DNA from: Lama guanicoe
Taxonomy: Eukaryota
Direction of reading: 5' to 3'
Assembly (NCBI GenBank): GCA_013239625.1
Contig: MU054323.1
Location: 16,744,029-16,808,028, forward strand
Length of the DNA stretch: 64,000 nucleotides
The notes under the pieces are model-generated. The model saw nothing but the letters and a program-made list of their open reading frames with translations, searched no databases and had not been told where the DNA came from. The translations under genes and the position numbers were made by a program. Shown here in pieces: positions 26,469 through 39,435 of the stretch (positions are counted from its first letter, which is position 1; each line of letters starts with the position of its first letter).

Positions 26469-27374
26469 ATACACACACATATATATATACACACATATAT
26501 ACATATATATATATATATGAATCACCTTGCTGTACCAGATTCTTTTCCATTATAGGTTATTACAAGATATTGAATATGGTTCCCTGTGCTATACAGTAGG
26601 TCCTTGTTGTTTATTTATTTTATATATAGCAGTTAGTATCTGTTAATCCCAAACTCCTAATTTATCCCTCCCTTCTGCCCCCTTTCACCTTTGGTAACCT
26701 TCAGTTTGTTTTCCATGTCTGTGAGTCTATTTCTGTTTTGTAAATAAGTTCATTTGCATCATCTTTTTAGATTCCACATGTAAGTGATATCATATGATAT
26801 TTGCTTTTCTCTCTCTAACTTATCTCACTTAGTATAATAATCTCTTGGTCTATCCATGTTGCTGCAAATGTCATTATTTCATTCTTTTTATGGCTGAATA
26901 GTGTCCCATTGTGTGTGTGTGTATATATATATAATCACATATTCTTTATTCACTCATCTGTTAATGGACATTTAGGTTGTTTCCATGTCTTGGCTATTGT
27001 AAGTAGGGCTGCTGTGAACATTGGGGTGCATGAATCTTTTCAAGTTAGAGTTTTCATCTTTTCCAGATATATTGCCCAGGAGTGGGATTGCTGGATCATA
27101 TGGTAACTCTCTTTGTAGTTTTCTTAAGGAACCTCCATACTGTCCTCCATAGTGGCTGCACCAGTTTACATTCCCACCAACAGTGCAGGAGGGTTCCCTT
27201 TTCTCCACACCCTCTCCAGCATTTATTATCTTTAGACTTTTTGGTGATGGCCACTCTGATTGGTGCAAGGTGATACCCTGTATTTCTTTTAGAAGCAATC
27301 ATTTAGGATTTACTAATTCAATGTTTGTGGCAACTTTATAGAACATAACTGTCATAAATGATGAGAATCAATTG
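25776..27374. mobile_element. MER82-like TcMar-Tigger element split by an L1 insertion
   Basis: 'tatttgcaaatttgcctactcactaaaatgtatttgtaatccccaaatcaa...ggctcacaggaacctaa' resumes at ~27278 as 'ctgtatttc...actttatagaacataact...gagaatcaattg|ta'. Confidence 0.8.
26350..27277 (-). mobile_element. 5'-truncated L1 (ORF2 C-terminus plus 3'UTR) with an internal (TA)n(CA)n microsatellite
   Basis: ORF 27096-27302 contains [18 protein letters not shown] (ORF2 cysteine-rich motif). Imperfect TSD ctgtttttctcttt / ctgtatttctttt. Confidence 0.92.
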
Positions 27375-27377
27375 TAC

Positions 27378-28598
27378 GATGTACCAGGACTGTTGGAGGC
27401 CCTGGAGAGGCAACAGTAAAACAAAATGGACAAAAATTCCTGCCCTCATAGAATTTACACTCTAGAAATGAGAAGCAGACATAAGTCAGTCAGTGATAAA
27501 GAATGTTAGATGACGGGCACAATGGAAAAAGTGGAGCAGGGGGTGGGATGGAGAGTATGAGGCTAGATTTGCTTTTTGTTCTTGTTACTGTTGTTTTTCT
27601 GGGATTTTTTTTTTCCAAAATAGAATGATCAGTGTAGACATAACTACGAATCAGATGACATTTGAGAATTCATGAAAGAGATGAGGGAGCAAGCTAAGCA
27701 ACTTCGGGGGGAGAGCGGAAGGAACAGCCATGCACAGGCCTCCAGTGGAAGCATCCCTGACATTGTGGAAACCAGGAGGGCGCTCGTGTGCTTGTGGTGG
27801 AGTCAGTAGGAGATGGGGTCAGAGAGTTGGAAAGGTCAGTAAGGCAGCCCGTCGTAATGACTGGAGCTGTCACTCTGCCTGAGAGACTGGAAGCAGACTA
27901 GGTGGAAACAGGACAGCAAATAGAAGAATGCTGCAAAAATCTAGACTTAGAGGGTGTTTATGATCAGTTATGAAAAGTGGTCAGATTTCAGACATACGTA
28001 TTCTGAAAACAGAGCCAGCGAGGTTACTGGTGGATTAGATGTGAGGCTGTGAAAGACATAGTGAGGTCAAACATGACTTCAAGGTTTGGAGCCTGAGCAG
28101 CTTCAAGGATGAAGCTGCTTTAAACTGAGATGGGAAAAAAAAAAACTATCAAGGAAGCAGGTTTTGGACAGAATCTCGGGGTTTCGATTCTACCCATTTC
28201 AAATTGAGATGTCTATCAGATATCCAAGGAGAGCTATAGAGTTGGCCACTTGGTATACAGGACTGTAGTTCAGAGAAGTCCAAACTAGTAATGTAACACA
28301 CATTTGAAGTCCTCAGCACACAGATGGAATTTAGAGCTATAAACCTGAGTGAAAGCACCAAAGAATGAGTGTAGGTAGGGAAGGGAAGAGAAGAGGTCCA
28401 AGATTGAAATCCCAGGTTCACTCAATGTTAAGAGATCAGGGAAAAGAGAAGGAATGAACAAGGCAGATTGAGAAGTATGGTCTCCTGGAAGCTGAGTGAA
28501 GATGGTGCTCCCAAAAAGAGAGAGTGATCACTGTGTCATCAAGTCCAGATGTCAGGTGGAATAAGGACTGAGAATTGACTGTTGAATTTAGCAACATA
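27378..28598 (-). mobile_element. L2a-like LINE fragment
   Basis: 'acaaaaattcctgccctcatagaatttacactctag...aagtggtcagatttcagacata...catgacttcaaggtttggagcctgagc...aggactgagaattgactgttgaatttagcaaca'. Confidence 0.75.
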
Positions 28599-28599
28599 A

Positions 28600-28820
28600 C
28601 AGTGGTGTGCTGGTAAATGTTTAACAGCTGGCTCTCTGGGGGTGAGGATGGTGTTGGGGGGAGGGTCTGATTTGTTGAGTTTATCAATTTCCATGTTGAA
28701 AATACTTCTAACATGGCTGATTTCAAGCTTTTAATGTGATGTCACTGAATGCAGAGTTTAGAAGAGACATATACAGTTGGCTCTCAAGAGGCAACACAAA
28801 CTGGCCCCAGCACATCCCTG
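28600..28820. mobile_element. MER63A-like hAT-Blackjack MITE
   Basis: Terminal inverted repeats cagtggtgtgctgg / ccagcacatccctg; internal 'catggctgatttcaagct...gatgtcactgaatgcagagtt'. Confidence 0.8.
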
Positions 28821-29144
28821 AATGGGATTGCTAACCATTACCTCAAAAGGCTTTGGCTTCTAAAAGGAAAATGCCAGGTCAAGTGTAAACCTGACATGAC
28901 TAAATTGACATCACCTAGACAGAGTCAACTGACATTTATCTTAACCAACATTCATTTACTGGGGTCAGCCCAACCACCTTGCTAAAGGCACCTGGGGCCA
29001 GAGGAGGGTGTCATGGTCTCTGCAGCCCAGACTCATGACAACCTTTAAAGAGAGTGCATCAAAAATGAACAGGTGCAAGGCATAGCCCCTATGCCTATAA
29101 AAAGTGCATACTGGAGTTAATGCCCCACTAACCCGAGGAGCACA

Positions 29145-29337
29145 AAAGGTTGCCAACAGCCTCCAAAAGCTAGCAGGTGTGAAACAGATTCTTCCTCAGA
29201 GCCTCCAAAAGGAACCAACCCTGCTAACACCTGGATTTAGAACTTCTGGCTTCCAGAACTGGGAGAAAATAAAATTTAGTTGATTTAAGCCACTGGGTTG
29301 TGGTAATTTGTTATGGTGACCCGAGGAAACTAACATA
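29145..29337 (+). mobile_element. MLT1D-like LTR, 3' portion
   Basis: 'aacagattcttcctcagagcctcc...cttctggcttccagaactgggagaaaataaa...taagccact...tggtaatttgttatgg...ggaaactaacata'. Confidence 0.8.
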
Positions 29338-32300
29338 GACTGTCCAGATGGGAGCATTTTTCACAGAAACATCAGGGAAGAAGGAGAGAAAAAGAAAATT
29401 GAGATGTGTGGTCCCTGAAGTGGAGTGAAGATGGCATTCCCAGGAGGAGGGTGTGATCCCCTCTCTGCTGCCTGTAACAAGACCTAGACTCCTGGGTCCT
29501 GGCTGGATCCTGACCGGCTCATCATCCACTGTGCAGTTTCCCTCAGAACTCCTAACAGCAGGTCTGTTTCCTCCACTTACTGATTTGACTGGTTTTGTTG
29601 ATGGGAGCAACTTTGTGGGCAAGTTTGATCCATGTAGACAGAACTCCAGGAATATCTGTCCTCAAAGTCACTCAGTTGTACACAAGCTGAGGATAAGCCT
29701 GCAAGAAGTAACACTGATATATTTGGTGATGACTACTATCGGTCAAAAGTAACGTCCTCAGTGGCTCCTGGTTGTGCCTAAACTCCCCATTAGTTCTGCC
29801 TTTATGTGCAGACATCAGATAAAATGCAACCACCGTAATGGAATTAAACCATCATTAACACATCAGCTCTGTGGGAAGCACCTTTCTGGTGATGAATTGT
29901 GGAGTGAGGAAGGAGAGAAAATTCTTGAGCCTAAGCAAGACCCAAAAGGAAATTATCTGGGAATCCTGGACCCTTGAGAATGTTTAGCAAGGGATTGAGA
30001 AGACTAAAATGGAGTTGATGAGGAATGAGAATAAATCATGCTTATGTCTATTTCTTTTTGTGTTGGCTGCTCAGAGACCAAAGTGGCCCCTCGCTGAATT
30101 CCATTTAGAGCCACTTACTGAGGACCTGCTAAAGGCAGTGCTCCCTATGCAGTGGGTACCAGAGCTACAAGGATAAGTGGATCCATCTGTCCATTAGGGA
30201 AGAAGGCCGACGCCCGGTGGGGAAGGGAGTACATGTTGCTGTGAGTGACAGTAGAGGGAAGGGAAATGAGACCATATTTCTCAGCTTCTGAGTGGTGATG
30301 CTCCCAAGACTGCAGTAGTTTTTAACATTGAGACCTACATGAAGTTCTACCAGAAGGAAGCCACGGACACTAATAACAGACTAAAGAAGATTCACTGGAA
30401 TCTGGTGGCTCAGAGATCCAAACATAGGTCAGGTATTTGTCACCTTTACACAGTCCAGAACTCACCTGCATAAGCTTCTGCCATTTCCTGGGAGGAGGAA
30501 GTCTCTATCCCTCAGATAAATGGCAGGAGCTTGATGGACAGAGGATCGGTGGAACCTTTTGGTTTGTGTGGCAAGATGTTCTAGGATCCTGATCAGGAAG
30601 AAAAGCACACAGTGTCTTCATGAAGCCCCTTGGGTTTCACTGTGGGGGTGACTCTGACCTCCCCTTGGCCTCCGCTCACACTCTGAACAAAAGCTGTATG
30701 TAGAAGAGTTCGGATGGAGAATCCATTGGAGGAATCTTTCTTTGTTATTGCAGGCGAGAGGAAAAAGGCAAATGGAGACAGGCCCCTTGGAGTCATATAT
30801 TTTGCTAAGTTTTTCATGATTTAGGTATAAAAGCTGCTTTTAGGCCTAAGGAACTCAGCTAATTGGTCAATTTTTCAGGAATGGGCACAATTTCAGGAGA
30901 ATAGTTTTTCCCTTCCCTGTCCTCTTATTCCATCTCAGACAAAAATGTAGTAAGAAAATGAGGCCAAATGAAGCAAAGTTCAGGAGCGGGAGAAAAGTTA
31001 CCATAAAAGCTTCAGCGACCACAGCTGGCCCAGGAACCAGCTCCTGATAAAAGGGAACTTTGGGCAAAAGAGCTTGAGATGAAGAAGGTGTTAGTGAGTG
31101 GAGCTGAGCCAGCCACACAGTGAAGTTTTGCAGGAAGAGGGGGTGGGGAATTAATTACAACGAATTCCTCCTAAAACACTGAGAGTCGGAGAGAATGCAT
31201 AACTCAGAGGGTAACTGCTACTTCTGCCGGGTTTCAGAGAGCTACTTACTCAAAGGAAGCTCCAGGAATCTCTGCCAAGCCGATGAAATTGCCAACTTAG
31301 AGTCAGGAAAATTTGCTTCCAAGCCTCCTGGAAAAGGGTACGTGGACACAGATGGCAGGTTTGCTTTCTGGTTTAGTAAGGAGTAAGCTTCTATTTGTTT
31401 GGTTCTTTTACTGGTCTCTACCCCCTGCTGATATTGCCCTTGGCAGAGGATGATTGCACTGACCAAGCCAAATGCAAGCTATAAATCCAGAGATGCTTTA
31501 TATTGTATTAACTCCAGCGAGGGGTTGGAAGGCCCAACACAAACATGCCCATCACAATATCGGAGGTTCATTATTTGAAGGGCAGACTAAGCCCTGGAGG
31601 GATCTAGTGTGTGGAGCAGAGACTGAGAACAGGAATTGAGGTTGAAGCAGGTCGGTGGGAGGTAAGAGGGGGTCACTCCAACTTTGCTTTTGGTCACTCT
31701 ACTCAGAGGATGGCTAGAAAAATCATTCTGGAGGGGAAGTCAAACAAATGAAGGTTCAGTAAGGCTGAAAATGAAGAAGGCCATATCTTAAAACAAGCTA
31801 ATAGGACCAAGAAGCAGCTGCCAAAGACTGCTCCAACTCCATTTCATTGGCAGTGAAACAAGTCAAACACTGGCCCTTTCTTAGGAGTGACCCTTGTTGA
31901 AAAAACATCCTGTGTTTTGCTAAGTGGTCTGTCTCTGAAGAGCACTGTAAAAAAAAAGAAACTCTAGCTGTGACTTTAGCCAAGGCAGGTGGTCTCACAA
32001 CTCGTGAGGGGCTGACGGGGCCGAGTCCTCAGCATTCAGAGTGAGGCAGGAAATGACACAAACCAGAGGAGAAATATGGAATTCAATACACTGCTTTCTG
32101 GGGGGATAATCTCCAGGAAGAATGTCCCCACTCCCTATACCTGACCTGGAATAGGCTGTCACCTCTAAGCTGAGTTGGCTTTGGGGATGAGGTGTAAGGT
32201 AAATTGGATCCCCTGTTGGTCTGTGATTTTAAGCCCAAAGTACTCTCTTGTGGACACAAAGTGGGTGTGAAACATTCATTGACTATTTCCCCTGTTGTTT

Positions 32301-32849
32301 TAAATCAAGGCTCAGAATTCTTGAAGTAGACCGCTTGTGCCAGAACAAACTACCAGAAGACACATTTGATGAGATAGCCAAAACGGCTTCTGGGGGCTCG
32401 TCCTGGGACAGTTGAATTCAGGGGCTCTGGGACAACGCACTGCTCCCTAGCTAGCACTCACTCCTGTGTGCCACACTGCCCGTCATCCCGGCCTGTGCCC
32501 CTGGCCGTCTCCATGTGATCCCCTTCAAACTTCACCTAGCTCTCAACGTCTGTTTGGCTGAAATTACACAGCAGCATTAGCTGCTGGTCATGGTTGAAAC
32601 CCTCCTGATTCCAGATTTTCGCGAGGGTGGCCCACCCAAGTTTGGGTCTGCAGAAGAGAACGTGGAAATGTAAAGGCATGCTCTCTTACAGAGAACAGTT
32701 GACTGTCAGCAAAACACCACCCACTGGCTGTAGAGCTGTAAACAAAGGAAGGCTTGTCCTTCCTGACATGTTAAAAACTAGTCAAAAGCTTGGCTGGCTA
32801 CTGGAGTAGTTACAAAAATAGGTTAAACACCTTGTGCCCTAAGAATATG

Positions 32850-33324
32850 TATTTTTTATAGTCTCACCAGGTGATTCCCCAAGTATGCTAAAAGTTTGGG
32901 ATCCATGCCTTAGCAGTAGCTCTTGATCCTGGCTCAGAGGAGGATCAATATTTTAAAATGCCACTGCTCACATCCCACTCTCAGAGACCCTGGGTTACTT
33001 GGATTGCAGTGCAGTTCTGGCACTGGATGTTTTAAAAGCTGCCTAAATGATTCTGATTTTCAGCCCAGGTTAAGAAACACTACCATTAAGGAGTCTTGCT
33101 GGGTGAAAGATGACCACAGATTTATTTTCCCTTTCTCTCTTCTGAGTTATTTAAAGATAGTGGCTTTCAACCTTGGCTGTATTCTCCCAAGGGAGCTTTA
33201 TAAAGTCCTGATGCCCAGGCCATACTTCTACCACTGGAATCAGAATCTGGGGATAGGACTCAGGCATCACTATTTTTAAGGCTCTCCGGATGTCTCCAAT
33301 GTGCAACCAATTTTAAGAACCAGT
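32850..33324. mobile_element. Cluster of MER5A/B-like hAT-Charlie MITEs (partial ~32850-32907, then 32914-33082 and 33158-33324)
   Basis: Repeated MER5 motifs 'ccaggtgattc', 'gaatcagaatctgggg', 'tttttaaggctctcc' and 'ttaagaa(a/c)cac/cag'. Confidence 0.65.
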
Positions 33325-33331
33325 CATTCAG

Positions 33332-33880
33332 GGCCATCATTCAAAAATCCACAAATGACAAATGCTGGAGAGGCTATGGAGAAAGGGGAACCCTCCTACA
33401 CTGCTGGTGGGAATGCAGTTTTGTGCAGCCACTGTGGAAAACAGTATGGAGATTCCTCAAAAGACTAGGAATAGACTTACCGTATGACCCAGGAATCCTG
33501 CTCCTGGGCATATATCCAGAAGGAACCCTACTTCAGGATGACACCTGCACCCCAATTTTCATAGCAGCACTATTTACAATAGCCAAGACATGGAACCAGC
33601 CTAAATGTCCATCAACAGATGACTGGATAAAGAAAATATGGTATATTTATACAATGGAATACTACTCATCCATAAAAACTGACAACATAACACCATTTGC
33701 AGCAACATGGATGCATCTGGAGAATGTCATTCTAAGTGAAGTAAGCCAGAAAGAGAAAGAAAAATACCATATGAGATCACTCATAATAAACAAAAAACAA
33801 AAACAACAGAAACAAAGCATAAATACAAAACAGAAATAGACTCATAGACATAGAATACAAACTTGTGGTTGCCAAGGGGC
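33332..33880 (+). mobile_element. L1 fragment (ORF2 C-terminus plus start of 3'UTR), truncated at both ends, flanked by a perfect 14-bp direct repeat
   Basis: ORF 33423-33839 is nearly identical to the ORF2 C-terminus at 41999-42400. aaccagtcattcag occurs at 33318-33331 and 33881-33894. No poly(A). Confidence 0.92.
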
Positions 33881-33895
33881 AACCAGTCATTCAGT

Positions 33896-34025
33896 GGGGA
33901 GGGTATAGCTCAAGTGGTAGAGTGCATGTTTAACATGCATGAGGTCCTGGGTTCAATCCCCAGTACCTCCTCAAAAAATAAACTCTAATTACCTGCCTCC
34001 CACAAAAAAAAGTAAAAAAAAAAAC
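33896..34025 (+). mobile_element. tRNA-derived SINE (Vic-1-like), long type
   Basis: ggggagggtatagctcaagtggtagag...ggtcctgggttcaatccccagtacctcc, then 'ctaattacctgcctccc' and an A tail. TSD 33881-33894 / 34026-34039. Confidence 0.92.
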
Positions 34026-34074
34026 AACTAGTGATTCAGAATATTTACCTGCCTTCTCCCATAATTTATTTCTC

Positions 34075-34136
34075 TTTTTAATTGAAGTATGCTCAGTTAT
34101 GTGTCAATTTCTGGTGTACAGCATAATGTCCCAGTC

Positions 34137-34167
<31 letters not shown>

Positions 34168-34635
34168 TACACACACACACATATATATTTGTTTTCATAT
34201 ACATATATTTGTATTCATATGCATATATTTGTTTTCATATTCTTTTTCATTAAAGGTTATTACGAGATATTGAATGTAGTTCCCTGTGTTATACAGAAGA
34301 AATTTGTTTTTAATCTATTTTTATATATAGTAGTTAATTGTGAATCTCAAACTCCCAAATTTATCCTTTCCTGCCCCATTTGCCCCAGTAACCATAAGAT
34401 TGTTTACTATGTCTTCAAGTCTGTTTCTGTTTTGTAGATGAGTTCATTAGTGTCTTCTTTTTTCTTTTTTAAGATTCCACATATGAGTGGTATCACATGG
34501 CATTTTTCTTACTCTTTCTGGCTTACTTCACTTAGAATGACGATCTCCAAGTCTATCCATATTGCTGCAAATGGCATTATTTTATTATTTTCTATGGCTG
34601 AGTAGTATTTCATTATATAAATATACCACAGCTTC
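34075..34635 (-). mobile_element. 5'-truncated L1 3' end with (TA/CA)n
   Basis: Antisense 'agattccacatatgag...tctggcttacttcacttagaatgac...gctgcaaatggcattatt'. TSD tttatttctc at 34065-34074 / 34636-34645. Confidence 0.9.
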
Positions 34636-35984
34636 TTTATTTCTCCTTCAACCTCCTAGTTCAAAAGAGCTTGTGAGGTTGAGGGTTAGAGTGAGACTGG
34701 ATAGGAACTAAGGGGCAAGATCCAACCTGGTTCTCTTTGCCACTTAATTCCTGGCCATTGCTTATCTGGCGCTCTGGGAGTAGTTAAAGGGCAATGGAGA
34801 AACCTCCAGACCTATTGTTATATATTTCCAAGAGGAAGATTCTTAGATCAGTATCAACCTTATTTTTTTTTATCTTGATCTTCCCTGAGGTTTCTAAATA
34901 TTATTCCAGGATAGGGATTTCAACTTTTATTCTTTTCCAGTATCTCATTTATGTGGCATATGGGATTAGAGAAGCAATGGAAAGCTGGAAGCCATTCTCT
35001 TCTAATTAGAAGACATATCAGCGCTTGAAATTTCTTACAGTAATGCTGCCAGCACAGCACCAGGAATGTTAATTACTGTCATTGGTCCTCAAGCCTGTTT
35101 CATAACTGATAAGGATTGTTCATATGTCAACACTGCAGTTAGAGACTCATAGAAGACTTCTGTCCTATATCTATTCAATGTCACTGGGTAATGACTCCCA
35201 AATTTGCCTTTGGGTGGGTTAGAAGGCCAAATTTGCCCCCTCTTTTAAAGGAAATGTTCAATCTGGCCTCAGCTGCTAATAGCAGAAGAACAAGATGAAA
35301 TTCCAGACAGAGCTGCTTTATCTCTGACAGGTTTTACAGTCATGTCGAAGCAGAGGCTGTCTGTGTCCCCATTCCCAGCAGCTTCAGCCTGATCTTATTA
35401 CTGCTTCCATGAGATGGAAGGGAAGGTTGTTCTTTCTGTGCCAGCCAAAGTCCCAGGTGCTCAGAGTCAACCTGGGAGACTGGAGTGCTGTAGCTCTTAG
35501 TGTTAGGTTCTTTCAGTACACACACACACTCACATACACTCACACACACTCACACATTTTCTCTAAAACACATCATTTGCACTGGGCTGGTGGACCCTGG
35601 TGTTCATTAGGAGTCGTTAGTCCACACCCTCCTTCTCTCTTGATCACCAGTCCTTCCCTGCCATGTGGCCTCACTCAAGTCCAGTTCTGATCTTCAGATA
35701 GTTTAATAAATCTGAACTGCAAGTCTTTCTTCCTCCAAAGGGTCTCTTCTCCTTCTTTAATTTATGTCAGCAAATAGATACGGGGGCAGAGAGGAAACAG
35801 TACAGCCTGCTGGCATATAACAATAGCATCTAAACCCAAAGCAAAAGGAGGTAGATACTTGCCTTAAAACTGCAAACCCCAAAGGGACCACTCCAGTAAT
35901 CCTTCCCAGAATTCCAAACATTATTCACCTGAAATGACCTCTTAGAACTTAAAATGGTGACTTCAAAAATATTAACATTTAGTT

Positions 35985-36190
35985 CCCACCAGCTACTATT
36001 CATTGAGTATTGTGCTAAGCCCTTTATCTCTGACATATCAGTCTTCGATAATCCAAAGAGGGAAACATAATATCGTCACCTCCACTTAACAGAGGAGAAA
36101 ATGTGCCCAACGTGTACACAGTTAGGAAGTGTGAGGATATGAGGCAAGGTGTGTCTGGATCCAGAACTACTTCCCGTTAACTGCTATGCC
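35985..36190 (-). mobile_element. MIR fragment
   Basis: 'gctactattcattgagtattgtgctaagc...ccacttaacagaggagaaaa...acacagttaggaagtg...tctggatccagaac'. Confidence 0.6.
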
Positions 36191-37429
36191 TCGTGCATTG
36201 GCTGCTGCTGTTGCTCCACTGGCTGGCCTTGCTGTGGCACGGGAGCATGGTCTTGCCATTTTTCTGTGCTTCCATCACACTTTCCCTCGTCACATTTGTT
36301 GACCTTATCCCTTTTGATAGCCTTGGTCCAGTTCTCTCTGAGGTGGGAGAGGTCTTTGCCAACCAATCTCATGGTTCTTTTACTAGGTTTCAAATGGGGT
36401 GTCTTTGTGCTATTTATTATGAACACGTAGAAACTAAGCTTCCAGATCTCTTACGGGTTCCCGGTTTGAGTTGAATTTTTATCACTTGAATGAATGGGTT
36501 CACAACCAATACAACATTCTTCCCGTGGATCATTCGATGGTTCCTCATGAAAAAGGAGAGCCCAGATGCTGTTCTGGGACAGATCAACATAAAAATACTT
36601 CTCCACTAGTAATCACCCATACACCCAGAATCCTGTGAGAAATGGCTTTGTAAATAGTAAACTGAGCACTGTTACGAGGTAATATTCTTATATCTCAGTG
36701 TGAACTGACCGTCTCAATATGAGAGTTAACTGTGAGAAGATAGAGAATGTATAAGGTTTTGGGCAGAGGCTCCTGAGATACGCTAGAATGATTAAGGGAA
36801 GAGATTGGAATAGGAGAAGTTAGGAGGAATTGATAGGTATCAAAAATAAACATCTTAATTTTGCCTGAGGCCATGTTTCCGTTAATTGGCTTTTGGACCC
36901 AAATCAAGAGTTAGCAGAATTGAAAAACCTAACAAAAACAAAACCCACAGAGAAAAGAAAAGTTTTCATAATAGCCCAAGTGAAAGTAATGACATGAGCT
37001 AATCCAATTTGAAGTATAAACAAAGAAATTACTCCACGCAATGGGACTGACTCGTTTTGTTTCAGAACTAAATACCATGAAGTAAAGGGTAGGTCAGGGA
37101 ACCTGGCCTAAACGTACCAAAGGGTAAGGGAGCTGGAGACTAATTATCCCACTGAAGGAGAGAGAGAAAAGGAACAAGAAGTTGTTCCATGACAACTGAC
37201 CATAAAGTTTTCAAAAAGAAGCATTCAAATAGCACTTCAACCCACAATGCATGTTCCAAGAGGTTCACTGGGGAAAATATTTTTGATTTAAAAAATTCAC
37301 TGATAAATAATACATTAAATTTTATTTTCTACATATAATTGATGGACTCGACTCTTCAAGGCCAGGGAGACAAATTGGCTAGATATTAAGTTTAGCAGAA
37401 AGAAGGAACATTTAAATTTTCCTTTAAGA

Positions 37430-37624
37430 TAATAGTTTCCAGCGTTTTTCATGTCATTGCACACAGAGGAAATGACCACAATTGTATGGCATGAAGGTAA
37501 AAGGACTAGGTCATCTGAGGCAGAGGTTGCTGACCTGTGTCACCCCAGATCCACCTTGTTCCCAAAGACTGAGGAAGACCTCCCTTTCACCCAAGTAAGC
37601 TAGGTCCACCAGTTAGGAAACTCA
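37430..37624. mobile_element. Probable hAT-Charlie non-autonomous element
   Basis: Imperfect inverted ends 'tagtttccagc' / 'gttaggaaactc'; internal 'tttttcatgtcattgcacaca'. Family not resolved. Confidence 0.4.
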
Positions 37625-39094
37625 GTCAAAGACTGGGCCAAGCCTATACAGAGGCCTCATGGGAAAGAGGACAAGGCACTGCAGTGGAGGCCACAGACCA
37701 ACGCTTTTGTTCCAACTCTGCCAAGTGTAGGCTATTGGACAAGGCCCTTAACCTCAGTGAGCTCTGTCTCGTTATGCATAAAACCAAGTTAAAGATTCTT
37801 ACATTCTCTACCTTACAGGGTCACTATGAGGATCAAGAGTACCATGTTCATGAACATAATCTGCAACCATAGAGTACTATAGACATGTATGGCATGATGA
37901 CAATGGGTGTGATGGGCTTTTCTCCCCAACCCTGCCCCCATCTAGACCACTCTCACTTTCAAGACTCACCCTGCAATGGACAGCAGTTGACACTGAGGGG
38001 AACAATACGGCTGCTGAACTAGAGTGACTGGGAGCCTGGAGTGTGGGAGACTATCCTGCAGCTGGGCTTTCGAGTTGGGCCAAAGAGCTAATGGGGTTTT
38101 GGCTTCCTGAGCACCTCTGTTGAAACTCCCTGGGGAATTTTTGCTTTATGAAATTCCCAGCAACTTGGGATCCTGCTGGGTTGGTGATTAGAAGCCTGGA
38201 GGGCTCCCTACTGAATGAAAAAAAAAATGTGTTTGAAGTCTGCTGGGAAGAGCTGTAGGAGGGAGTTGAGAGTTCTTCCCTGGCTCCACTGTGCATTGAC
38301 AGAAGTTGCCCCTACCACTGTTTATTGCCAATTACTTTTGTCTCCAGAGCCAAAGAAAATATATTTGAAGTGAACCCTCCCTTTGAATTAGACCCATTTT
38401 TCCACAGATGGTGAAATGTTAATGAACGGGTATGTTGCACGATACTTCCAGGTTGCATTAGAATTGATTTTTATAGGCTAAATTATTAACACTAGAGGTG
38501 CTTATATATCTCCTGATATGATTAGCAGATCCAGGAGCCATTCACATTAGCACAGAACAAGTTCAGAACCATAAAATACAGTATCTATTTTACTGAGATT
38601 GAAGTTGTAGGTAAAGAGATTGAGGTTACATATAATACGTCTCTGAAAATAGGAACAGCAAATTTTGTAATGGACTCCAGCAAAAGCGATTGCAATGCCT
38701 ACTCTGGAAGTCTCTTAATTTTCTTTTCCTGTCTAGGAAGGGTATTCTATGATATTTACTGAAGTAAGAAGGGATGAAAGAGTTAGAATATTTCTTCTGG
38801 AAGTCATGTCCAAGAACAGAACGAATCCTGGATTCCCTCAAATTTTAGTTCACACAGGGAGTTACATTTGAAGAAGTACTATCTAGCAGCTAAGCAGTTT
38901 CAGTCTTTTCTTGTGCCTCTTTAATACCATTATTCAAAAGCCTTTCCTCCAGCTCACAGTTCTTTCCCGCCCTTCATCTGCTTCAGATGCTCTCCTATAC
39001 CAAACCCTAAAACTCTTCTCCAGCCCTGAACAGCTCAATAAAACACATGAATTTTGCTTAGATCCTGGTTTGAGTAAACCAGCTATACTGCAAC

Positions 39095-39435
39095 ACTTCT
39101 AAAACAATAAGGGAAATTTTATTCTGGACTGCGTATGAGACATTACCAATAAAGTATTTATTGGTTTTGATAAATGTAATCATGGTATGGTGGTTATATA
39201 AGAAAAACACCCATATTTTAGCAATGTACACTTAAATACATAAGGGTAAGATGACATGATCTTGGGATTTGCTTTAACATACTTCAGCCAAAAGAAAGAG
39301 AAGAAAATAAAAAATATGGATGAAGCAAAAGTGGGAAAATACTAATAATTCTAGAATTTGAGTGATTGATATTTGAAGTTCATTATTCTATTATTGCTAC
39401 TTTTATGTGTGCTTGACATTTTTCCTAAGAAAAAA
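39095..39435 (+). mobile_element. Old L1 (L1MC/MD-like) 3'UTR
   Basis: 'ggtatggtggttatataag...gatcttgggatttgcttta...gttcattattctattattgctactttt...gcttgacatttttc'. Confidence 0.65.

Noticed and set aside
33896..33975. tRNA gene (also considered for the other six copies)
   Set aside because: A/B boxes are present, but A-rich tails, TSDs and divergence among copies identify SINEs rather than functional tRNAs.
36149..36474. Cluster of four overlapping short ORFs (Cys-rich or Gln-rich)
   Set aside because: No recognisable homology, partial overlap with a MIR, and lengths within chance expectation.
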